Assembly: GCA_023334545.1 (NCBI GenBank)
Contig: JAADVB010000154.1
Span: forward strand, 1 to 45,878
Source of the DNA: Salisapilia sapeloensis CBS 127946
Lineage: Eukaryota; Protista; Oomycota
Direction of reading: 5' to 3'
DNA length: 45,878 nucleotides
Positions within the stretch are counted from its first letter, which is position 1. Each line of letters begins with the position of its first letter. The translations under genes were made by a program, and so were the position numbers. Below are positions 12,080 to 21,949 of this stretch, one piece after another. The notes under the pieces were generated by a model. It did no database searches and was not told the origin of the DNA. It saw only the letters and a program-made list of their open reading frames with translations.

Positions 12080-13135
12080 CTAGTCCAAATATTTTTGATC
12101 GTGCAGACCGACGAGAGACGTCGCTGCCATAATCTCCAACTCTTTAAACGTCTCGAACGTTGTGGCATCCGTCGGAGATGTCATGGCGTCGCTGCTATCT
12201 TCCTCTGGGTTACACTCGTCGTTGAATTTTGTAGAAATGTATGTCACTGGAGAGCTACTGCGCGTCCGTTTGACCTGGTGCATGATCACACTCTCATCGG
12301 ACTCTGCATCACTGTCGCTCGAATCGTCCGAACGATCTTCCCATACACGTTTGCGTGGAGATGGACGACTCTTCGGAGAGCTGTCGTTGGATGCGTCTGG
12401 CTGCTGCTGTAAAAGAAGCTGCCGACAGCTTTCGGGAATGTCAAGCTCAGTGCCACGAGGACCTCCACGTCCGGTTGATAGAAAGTTTTTCACGTCCACA
12501 CCGGATTGACGCAGCACTGGCTGCCAGAGACGCTTGCGAGCGTTCGTAAACCAGTTCGAGAGTTGCTTGACTTCAATCCCAGCCTTGGTGGCCAATGCTT
12601 CCTTTTCTTCCTCACTCGGGTACGGATGCGCAAAGTGCTCTGGCGAGAACATCCAAGCCTTGAGGATCGCCTTGGCTTCGTTGTTTAGTGTACCACGCCG
12701 CGTTCCCTTCTTCATTCTAGATCGATGGTTACGGCTGATGGGAGCGCTTAATGGAGACATGTCGGAGTCGCTATGCTCTGGAGCGAGTTGTGAGCTGCAG
12801 GCAGTAAGCAAATTCATCTTGTCCTCGACGATGCCACAATGGAACAAACTCGATCGTAGCGACGCTTCAGGATATGCGGTACTTGTTGTCTGTATGGGAC
12901 TGGAAATGGGTACATGGCATGTGCGTGGTGGGGTTGGATTACCACACGAGGCCGAGGATGACAGAAAGCTCGAATGTGGGTGTGCGAATTGTGAGGAAAA
13001 AGAAGGCAGTGCTCGCGGTTTTTCCCGTTGTTGTTGCGACGTTGCGTAATGGAAGACTGGTAGACCGGACATTGACGATCGATCCTGTTGGAGTCGATCG
13101 GTCGGTAGGATAGCTAAGCGAGCTAGGTCGTTCAT
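12080..13135 (-). CDS. TALE-class (Homeobox_KN) homeodomain transcription factor
   Basis: RRGTLNNEAKAILKAWMFSPEHFAHPYPSEEEKEALATKAGIEVKQLSNWFTNARKRLWQP contains the PYP turn and WFxNAR helix 3. Ser/Pro-rich low-complexity flanks. The start could be a downstream Met (about 13072). Confidence 0.9.
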   Translation of the reverse strand: MNDLARLAILPTDRLQQDRSSMSGLPVFHYATSQQQREKPRALPSFSSQFAHPHSSFLSSSASCGNPTPPRTCHVPISSPIQTTSTAYPEASLRSSLFHCGIVEDKMNLLTACSSQLAPEHSDSDMSPLSAPISRNHRSRMKKGTRRGTLNNEAKAILKAWMFSPEHFAHPYPSEEEKEALATKAGIEVKQLSNWFTNARKRLWQPVLRQSGVDVKNFLSTGRGGPRGTELDIPESCRQLLLQQQPDASNDSSPKSRPSPRKRVWEDRSDDSSDSDAESDESVIMHQVKRTRSSSPVTYISTKFNDECNPEEDSSDAMTSPTDATTFETFKELEIMAATSLVGLHDQKYLD

Positions 13136-15936
13136 GGTTGCTTGAACAGTAGGTTGGTATAATTCGACAATGCCCGAACAAAGATAGAGATGCTTCAGGT
13201 CTCGGATAGAAACGCTGCCTAATTACGTGGCAGTGAGGCAGTGGACTTTATCGGTAGACGAGGGTCGAGTACGAAGGTAGGCTTGGTCGTTCAGATGGAG
13301 AAGGAATAAGCTGGCTTGTGTGTTCAATGTCGAAAGAACGAGGAAAATCGCAAAGTGATGAAAACCGAGGTCTGCCCACTTTTCGATTGCAAGAGAAAGT
13401 AGATCTTTTCAAGCTTTTTGCCAAGAGGCAGAGCCACCAAATCAGACGAGCCGAGAGCGTTTCTTTCACCTTTTGCTGGTCCGTTCGTGGGGAAGCTGAC
13501 ATGACGGGACGCGACCCTATCGATCAAGAGATTAGAGTCTGTTAAACTCTGTCATTGGCACACTCCGCCTCTCAAACTTTGACTTGGCAACAGTAATGGA
13601 GAGAGAAGACTCTTGATGTGGATCATACTGCCTGGAAAAGGATGCGAGCGGGCGTGAAACGGATCCGAGATTGATCTCATATCCGAATCCATCTTTCTGA
13701 TTGAAAGCGACTTGCTTACGTGTGACAATCAATGAGAATACTATTTTCATGTCAACAAGGCATGTGCAGTTGATTCGTACGAGGTCTAGAGTGACATATA
13801 TGAAAGAAAAGCAAGATTGATGGATAAGATGAGGATATTGTCATGTAGGTTTCTATCGCTATAATTACAATTTCACATGCCTCTTGGAAGGTCGCGTCAT
13901 GTGGATTCACTAATAGACACTCTACACCTGCCACGACCCAAAAGTTTTAACTGTCTGCAGGCACTGTACTTCATCCAAAAGACGCTTGACGTCTCTCTAT
14001 CTAATGTACCAGTGGCAGCGTCGCTGTAAGCCGTTATCCTGAACGTGCTTTTAAATAAAGTATTCATTCCAGCCCTTTCACACTTGGTCAATCATCTCCC
14101 AGTCCTCCATGAAAAGACGTGGTTCTGGTAGAGAATCTAGGTATTTGGGATACTCCATCAGTTATTTGTGCGTTTCACCCAGTGTCGATGGGGATAGATG
14201 AGTAAGACACAACAACACGATCTCTTTCCACGACATATCCTTGATATGTACAAGATACGAGAGAGAGTACTTGAATGCCAATCAAGAACCTGGTCAAGTG
14301 CGTTGAACATTCCCAGAATAGAGCTGACAACGGTATTTTTAGATAAGATCCAAGAAGAATATGTTACGTATTGCTCCGTCGCAAACAGGGACACTTTGTT
14401 GCTGCATGTGTATGCATGTCCAAAAGCCACTTTCTATGCGGTCCTCTTCATGCAGTGAGAACGCATACTAAATACATCTACAGTTTGCAATGAAAACCGA
14501 ATAAAAATCGTTAGCAATGAACCATTTCCTATTATTGTCGAAACGATCTAGTTTATTTCATTTGCAACCGTGCTTCCAACTGCCTTGTGACTCACTCAAG
14601 GAAACGATTCATGAAAAGGATCCTCCATGCTCCCATTTACAAGAATTTAATCGCTTTCCCAAATGATGATACTGCCGCTAAAGTTTGATACTTGCTTGTT
14701 CGGAATGCAATTCATCACTGTGTCTTATAGATCTAAGTTGCTTATTATTTCTCGCAGCTAGCAAGGATCGTTTGAGACGCTGCTAAGGCTATAATTTATG
14801 CCCCACAAGGATACCACTCCAGCCTTTGCATATTAACAATATCAAGTGAGAGCGATACCCTGTAGCTTTAATGTCTTTCTTTGCAGATTAGGATTGTTCG
14901 ATCAAGTAAAGCACTCTATGATCGATATAGTTGCGATGATCAAAGCAGCTAAATACTCTCGTTGGTAGTATACTAGATTAAAGTAAAAGATTTTCTAAGG
15001 TAAAACTAAACTTTACCGAAATGATATTTCTATGAGATAGTAGACGAAACATTCTTCCATATCGAGGCATAGTATCAAGCAAAAATTCTCTTTGTAGTTC
15101 TCGATTAATTCCTAGATATGTCGCAATAGTTCTAAATTCAATTTTGTAGTATACTCAGCACGGATGCAGATATCTTTCGAAACACAAGTGATTGGTAACT
15201 TGGAAATGCATGTGGCTATCGCATATGTACAACAGGCTTCAAGATCTGTACGCTAGTCCTTATGACCAAAAACAAGAAATTGGATTGCTTTATTCGCCTT
15301 AACATCTTTGCAAACAGAGGATGTGTAAGGGAGATTGTTTCGTCTTCTGTTTTCCACACCACTTCCGTGCAGGCACATTGTGCTGGCATCTCTTTGATCA
15401 TTGGATGCTTCTACATGGCAAAGTAATTAGCACTCACAAATGTGTCGCTTGCGATGTAGTATGCTCTCTTGGATGTGATGCTCCTTTAATAGAGTGTCAC
15501 GAATTCATTCGGGAAGATCATATGATGTCAAATACCTGCGAATCTCTTCGGTAATACCATACTGTCTACAGCAGCCATCATTCCTTTTGCTGCGAAGCAA
15601 CTGCAAGCGATTTGTTTGTCTCATCATTGATTCTGTTAGCGACCTCAAGAAAATAAGAATATATCAAAACGACCTGCTGAGATGATTCATGTATCAAACT
15701 CCACGACGTTTAAGTAGATCTATTGATATCTTCATGAACAAATATCTTGCAGTGGTATTTTTCAACTCGCACAAGCTACCAGATAGCATGATAAAATATA
15801 AAGGAGACTTGAATCGTCCTCCAGCTTCAAACGATCGCATCCTCCTACTCTTCAAAATCTTTTTCTTTTCTTAGCTCGTCGCTCACTTTGCAAGACTGCA
15901 CACATCACAATTTTACGCACCAGGAGTTATAGCACC

Positions 15937-17076
15937 ATGGCGGAGGCAGCATTGAAGCAGATCAAGACCGATCTTCACTGGCACACTCGTCCGGACGACT
16001 TGCACGTCCACTTGCGAGATGGAGCCGCACTAGAGCTCACTGTGCCTCACGTCTCAAGACAAGTCGCCCGGTGCATCGTCATGCCCAACCTCGTGCCACC
16101 AGTCACGACGACGGAAGAGGCGCTTACCTATCGCGATCGAATCCTAAAGCACATTCCAGAAGACCGTCAGGATAAGTTTACTCCAATGATGACATTGTAC
16201 CTCACTGATAAGACGACTGCGGACGAGATCGAACGAGCTGCTGCGAATGAACACGTCTACGCCGTGAAGCTCTACCCAGGTACCTCTTCCACTCCACTTG
16301 ATATGATATTCAACATCTAGTAGACTGGCTACTAATATGTTGCTCTTATAGCTGGTGCGACGACTAACTCGGATGCTGGTGTGACCGACTTTAAGCTGCT
16401 GGAGCCTGCTTTGACAGCCATGAGCGCTGCTGGCATGCCTCTCCTCGTGCATGGTGAAGCGACGGACCAAAGTATCGACGTATTTGACCGTGAAAAGGAG
16501 TTTATCGAAACGACGCTCAAGCCTCTGGTGGCGCAATTCCCCGACTTGAAGATTGTCATGGAGCACATTACGACAGAAAGCGCCGTGGCGTTCGTCCAGA
16601 ACGCTCCAGAAAATGTTGCAGCCACCATCACGCCGCAGCACTTGCTCTACAATCGGAATGCGATATTCCAAGGTGGTGTGAATCCACATAAGTATTGTCT
16701 ACCAGTGCTGAAGCGAGAGACGCATCGTAAGGCATTGATTGAAGCAGCGACGAGTGGTTCGAATAAGTTTTTCATGGGATCTGACAGTGCTCCTCACGTC
16801 CGATCAAAGAAAGAAGCGAGCTGCGGGTGTGCCGGGATCTACTCTGCGCACGCGACGTTGGAATTGTATGCCGCTGCATTTGAGTCGGTTGGGGCACTGC
16901 CAAAGTTGGAAGCCTTTGCGTGTGAGAATGGCGCCAAGTTCTACGGTTTGACGCAGAATGCTGGAGAGACGGTGATGAAGAGGGAAGCTTGGACGGTGCC
17001 AGACACGTACGAGTATGCTGGAGAAGAGCTGGTGCCGCTAAAGGCTGGAGAGACGTTGGATTGGAAGCTACAATAG
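15937..17076 (+). CDS. pyrC: Dihydroorotase, monofunctional type II (E. coli PyrC-like); exons 15937-16279 and 16352-17076
   Basis: [18 protein letters not shown], spliced VKLYPAGATTNS, HGE, MEHIT and FMGSDSAPH motifs. A 72-nt GT..ACTAAT..TAG intron restores the frame. Confidence 0.96.
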
Positions 17077-17262
17077 AAATAGAAGGAAGAGTTATGGAAT
17101 GAGCATGTCGCTTCGGGAAGAATTAAAGTTGGTTGTGTCTTGTTTGGACTTACCTACATGGTTCTATTGTACTCTACGGTAGATATGGATGCCAAAGAGC
17201 TAGGTTACTACCATTGGGATGACTTAGCTACGTTCGCAATCTAGTTAGAGCCTTTAATACAT

Positions 17263-17305
17263 GCTTTGATGGGATCGAACGTAATACGTTCGATCCCATC
17301 AAAGC
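17263..17305. repeat. Perfect 43-bp palindrome (21-bp arms, 1-nt spacer)
   Basis: GCTTTGATGGGATCGAACGTA-A-TACGTTCGATCCCATCAAAGC; the arms are exact reverse complements. Confidence 0.97.
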
Positions 17306-18336
17306 GAAGTTCCACTGGTATCAGTTACCATGGGCTCGTAAAGGCGAAGGATACATTCAAGATGGAAAGATTTGAAAGAGATAACAGGTGTATGCTACGA
17401 AAGACGACTGACAAGTGGTCCGAGTGATGTTGTTGCAGAAAGACTTAAGTATTCAAGTGTAGAGCACTTATGTGGGAGCAGGCTGATCTAAATTCCTCAA
17501 GTGAGTGATCGTGATGAATTGGCTGACTAGATATTCTAGGAACATGTTCAAGATACTACTGAACCAGTTTAGCTTGATGCTGCCACTTAATCTTGGGTTC
17601 TTGCATCAAGTGGCGTTTATGTATTACTAGAAGTAGTGGCGTCAGATTCACGCAGGTGCTCCTTCATTTCTTTGTGAGGTTTAATGGATGAGCTTGGTTG
17701 AATCTTGGCGAAGTATACCAAGAAGCAAAGTCATATCAAGAACAGCTTCTTTAGAAATTAATTACAAGTCAATCTTAAGAAAGAGGTAGTAGCTTCAAAA
17801 GCATGGACAAAGCCTATCGCTGCATTTATCCACTTGAGGAAACACACCCCATGCACTACGTCTCACCAACTTGCATGAGCAAATTATAATTTTCCTTTCA
17901 CTTTGCTCGGTAGGGATACTGCGTATTGAATTAACTTCGCGCAAACACGTTTCAAGGGCGCAGTTTTCAGACAGAGATAAGCTTCAAGCAGAGTCTATCT
18001 AAGATACTGCATCGCCAAATACAAACTCTTAGGAAGCAGATAATTCTCACATGAATTCGCATCCTTGAAAATGTGCTCTTACAATCCAAGTGGAAGCTCC
18101 AGCGCATGTCTACCAGGAAACCCTTCTCGTACTCGTTCAATGCAGCTACAACGAGAATCGAAATGGTTCTCTGAGGGATTAGTTCAGCCAGCTGGACTGC
18201 TATGAGCCATTGACGAAATTTTTTGGAATGCTGGATGTCCAAGTGGTACCTCTGCCATACTCAGGTGAAGTGTGTCTTCTTTGCAAGAGCTTACACGAGA
18301 GCGGTCATTCACAAATCGCACGCAAACTAGGACGAG

Positions 18337-19170
18337 ATGGAAACGCTCCTTGCCACCGAATTGTCTGCCGATACCTTGGCAGCACTGAACCTGCATTTGA
18401 ATGAGCGGCAGGCGCTAGAGGACAAGATTGACGAGGACTTTGGTCTATCCCAATTGTACCCATTCTACCTACATTTTAATCTACAGACGAGGAAGACATC
18501 TCACCACTTGACAACTTTTGTTAACTGGTAGTTTCTACGACGAAAAAACCGGCCAAGCATTTGCGGATGAAGCACGCGACCTGAGTCAAAACGGAGCGAT
18601 CGCCTTCATCAGTACGCCCGCCGCCTTTTGGTACTACGACCTCGCAAAGAACGATAATGTCTATCTCTTCGAGTACGACCGGAGATTTGGAAACAAGTAC
18701 CCCAACCAATACGTCTTCTACGACTTTAATGACCCAACGAATCTGCCGGAGCGATTCCACCATTTCTTTGACTACATATTTGTCGAACCTCCCTACCTGG
18801 TATGCTCACACGTATTGAATCAAGTCAATGTAGTATATAAACGCTCGAGTCTAGAACGACGAGTGCTTGAGCAAATTCGCGACGACGATGCGATGGCTTG
18901 CAAAGGATGTTGAAGAGGATCCGGAAAACCCGGGTAAACCTCGCATCTTAACTCCATGTTGCTATAGCACCGGTACTCTACGCTTCCATTCCTTCTTGTA
19001 CATTATCATTGACTTGTGACTTCGTAGCTCGAGTCCGGAAGCACGCCATCTACAGAGAGCTCGGGTTCACCCCAACAAACTTCAGTCCAACGTTTGAATC
19101 GAAGCTTTCCAACCATCTCGTAGCATACACAAACTATGAGTCGGAACGATTTGGAACACCGAAAGACTAG
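18337..19170 (+). CDS. EEF1AKMT1: EEF1A lysine methyltransferase 1 (N6AMT2/Efm5-like); introns 18456-18531, 18800-18854, 18973-19027
   Basis: Spliced product: LSADTLAAL...EDFGLSQFFYDEKT...IAFISTP...LFEYDRRF...FVFYDFNDP...FDYIFVEPPYLNDECLSKF...ELGFTPTNFSPTFESKLSNHL.AYTNYES. All three introns are GT-AG and keep the frame. Confidence 0.88.
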
Positions 19171-19247
19171 TGCACATAATAAACAACGTTCAGTGGAGGA
19201 CCTTGCCATTTGTTTCACGTCCACCTCCATAATAGATACTACTAGTG

Positions 19248-21698
19248 TCACGTCCTACTCTCCCTAGAATTCATATCAAAGACAGACGCTAAGATCCCAC
19301 ATGATGTAGGCCGCTCTTCTTCTCCATTGGAAGCTTGCGTCGCTGTCCTGCGCACACTGCCTCGGACAATGAGCGCCGTGAGCACACTTAAAAAGTCTGA
19401 AAAGTCCTTGAGCACTTGACTCACACGGTAGCACGTCTTGCCGACGTTATTTGACGTGAAGAGAGGATCATGAATCATGAGTCCACCGGTAGATACATGG
19501 TTCTGAGCGTCTGGTGGGGACGATGGACCGATGGGTGGAGATCGAATGAGTTCCTTCTCGTCCGCAGCAACATCCAGCGCTGTTAAGTCGAGGAGGGAGA
19601 CAATGTCCTGATCGTGTCGAAACTCATTGCTGTAGAAATGCAAAACATCCATCAAGAGTTTCCCCAGGACTCGTGACTCTTGCTGCTGACTTCGTTGATG
19701 ATGTGGCTGGAAGACATGCTTCACTGTTTCCTTGGTCGAACTTTCGCGATATGCATGTCGTTCGATATGTTGCTGGATGATGATGTCTGCTATCCTATTT
19801 CCCTTTTCCTTCTGAGCTCTCAGTCGATCGTTTCCATATTCGTCCACAACGTCTTCTTGGACGACAGTATCAGAGATAGGAGGCTGTAGCAACAAGACAT
19901 AGGCAATCATGAGGAAGAGACCGTACGAGGATAAACCGCCGCAGTACGGATCATTCACACCTCGCTTCACGAGCAACTGCTTTAGTACGAACGTGATCTC
20001 CTGTAGTCCACGCAAATGACCTGACAATCGCTGCACGAGTGTGGCACTCGCGACACCATTATGGGAAGTCCCATGCGGATCATCAAATGTAATATCAAAC
20101 GGAACGGAAAGAGTCGAGCCGTCTGTGTTTTGGAGGACAATGACCTTGAGAAGTGGGATGGCCGCTCGTGTGATAGCACTCACTTCGGACACTTGGATCG
20201 TATCGCTTGATGCAAAATGATCAGCCAAGGACGTGACGCAGTCTTGTGGCGACAGGTGCAGTCCATCCGCGACACCGAAGACGACAATGTCGACGTCACT
20301 AGAGCCACAGTGAAGACCAGTTACATACGATCCGTAGACTTCTACATGAGCTTGACTACCCCACATACGTTCTACCTCGTGCTTGACGCTAGCTATACTC
20401 TCTTCTCTCCACTTTTGACATCGAGATCCTTCTTTCTGCTGCTGTAAAACAAACGAACGAACTTCTTCATGCAAAACAGTCTGCACTACTGCTGTCTGCT
20501 CTTCATACAGACGCTGGAGGTGTGTCCAGGACAGTCGACCACGACCACGTCGAGTTGCCTCTGGAGACTTCCTGCTGTCCAAGTCTTCCTTCGGACCGCT
20601 CGACGTCGTTCCGTCCGACTCATCCTTCTCTTCTTCTGCTATGGCTGCGTCCTCATCCATCCGTCGCACACGCTCGGCTTCTGTTGCAAGAATGACGTTC
20701 TGTCGCCACGCCTGTCGTTCTTCATACTCCTTTTCACGTGTCATCCCGCCAACAGGGCATTCGCCCAGGTGATGTGCCAAGTTCTCTCGAGCACAAATGG
20801 CACTACATCCGAGAATAGCATTCGGACAAACGACGTCGTACGAATCAAAGTCGACGTCTTCATCAAATGCATGGGCAGGTTCAGGCGTCTCTCGATATGG
20901 GCAATGGAGCAAGTGCGCCTCGAGATCGCGCAGCATGCAAGAGTAGGCACACCCGAGCCAAGAGTATGGGCACACGACCTGGTAATCGGCATTGAAGGAC
21001 GATTTAATTGTTGACTGGAACCATTGCGTATTCGTCATGCTGTCGAGAAATAACTCGGTCTGCATCGCTCGCTGCTCTTGCTCAATGGCAGCAATGGCCC
21101 ATCGCCGTCGAGATAGCACTTCTTCCTCTTCTTCGCGCTGAAGCTGTTTTAATATGTTTAGTCGACGCGCTCTTTCTTTCTCAGCAGCAGCAATCACCCA
21201 TTGCGTCCAGTATGCTCGATCTCGAGCAGCTATCTCTAGCTCTAGTTCTTCGTCATTGCTGTCGTCGGACGAACAGGATTGATGATGAAGAGATAGAGGC
21301 AATGTGAACGAGTGAGAAAGAACATTGGATGCTGGAGATGGATGAATAGGACTGGGAGATGGAGGAGGGTCCGGAGTTCTCGTTGGTGGGTGAGAAATAG
21401 GCGTGGACAGAGGTGTTCGAGGCGGCGTGAATGGCGCCGCCGTTGCGTTCAAGTCCTTCTTTACACTACTCATGGGTGTTTCAGAAGCCGGTATGATCCA
21501 ATTGGCCCCATTCGGTGTCACGGTAGAAGCCTTCTTGCGTCGAGGACGGCGTTTGCGAGGTCCAGTGTGATTATGCTTTTTCGTTTGTCGATTCAATATA
21601 TGTAGGCCCTGGTCGTGCGTACTTTCATCGGACATTGCTGTAGGTCGTAGTGATACCTTGGATGGGAGTCGTGACTCATTCATAAAGGTATGTAGCAA
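19248..21698 (-). CDS. Non-canonical poly(A) polymerase / terminal nucleotidyltransferase (TRF4/TENT4-like) with a PAM2-like motif and two TRAF-type zinc fingers
   Basis: NTase core VEVYGSYVTGLHCGSSDVDIVV...AAIPLLK...FDITF...GGLSSYGLFLMI, and PAP-associated region LMIHDP..NNVGKTCYR. N-terminal LNATAAPFTP and two CP..xxGC..(C)...L..HL..C motifs. Confidence 0.88.
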   Translation of the reverse strand: MLHTFMNESRLPSKVSLRPTAMSDESTHDQGLHILNRQTKKHNHTGPRKRRPRRKKASTVTPNGANWIIPASETPMSSVKKDLNATAAPFTPPRTPLSTPISHPPTRTPDPPPSPSPIHPSPASNVLSHSFTLPLSLHHQSCSSDDSNDEELELEIAARDRAYWTQWVIAAAEKERARRLNILKQLQREEEEEVLSRRRWAIAAIEQEQRAMQTELFLDSMTNTQWFQSTIKSSFNADYQVVCPYSWLGCAYSCMLRDLEAHLLHCPYRETPEPAHAFDEDVDFDSYDVVCPNAILGCSAICARENLAHHLGECPVGGMTREKEYEERQAWRQNVILATEAERVRRMDEDAAIAEEEKDESDGTTSSGPKEDLDSRKSPEATRRGRGRLSWTHLQRLYEEQTAVVQTVLHEEVRSFVLQQQKEGSRCQKWREESIASVKHEVERMWGSQAHVEVYGSYVTGLHCGSSDVDIVVFGVADGLHLSPQDCVTSLADHFASSDTIQVSEVSAITRAAIPLLKVIVLQNTDGSTLSVPFDITFDDPHGTSHNGVASATLVQRLSGHLRGLQEITFVLKQLLVKRGVNDPYCGGLSSYGLFLMIAYVLLLQPPISDTVVQEDVVDEYGNDRLRAQKEKGNRIADIIIQQHIERHAYRESSTKETVKHVFQPHHQRSQQQESRVLGKLLMDVLHFYSNEFRHDQDIVSLLDLTALDVAADEKELIRSPPIGPSSPPDAQNHVSTGGLMIHDPLFTSNNVGKTCYRVSQVLKDFSDFLSVLTALIVRGSVRRTATQASNGEEERPTSCGILASVFDMNSRESRT

Positions 21699-21949
21699 TC
21701 AACGTGGAAGAGGTAGCACTGTACCTCCCAAGGTTCTCTTTCGCATTAATTTTTAGTTCCGACGTCTGGCGCTTTTTGCATACTTAATTCAAGTCATTCT
21801 GGGTATCAGACAAATGGACACTACGAATCATGTCTGGCATTCAAGAAATTCAAGAAATTTTCTTTCGAGAGTTTAATTGCTAGTAGTAGCTATTTATACT
21901 CATGCAGACGTTGTAGGTAGATATGGACATTATTGCTAGATGTATTTGA

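Noticed and set aside
14158-15700. Several short ORFs and stop-interrupted hydrophobic frames upstream of pyrC
   Set aside because: May be decayed coding sequence, but I could not assign a family or a consistent frame.
15937-17076. Bacterial contamination suggested by the PyrC-like sequence
   Set aside because: It contains a canonical spliceosomal intron and sits among eukaryotic genes.
17983-18332. Alternative genetic code (TGA read-through)
   Set aside because: TGA terminates normal genes here (myosin at 43081-43083, LRR protein at 29684-29686).
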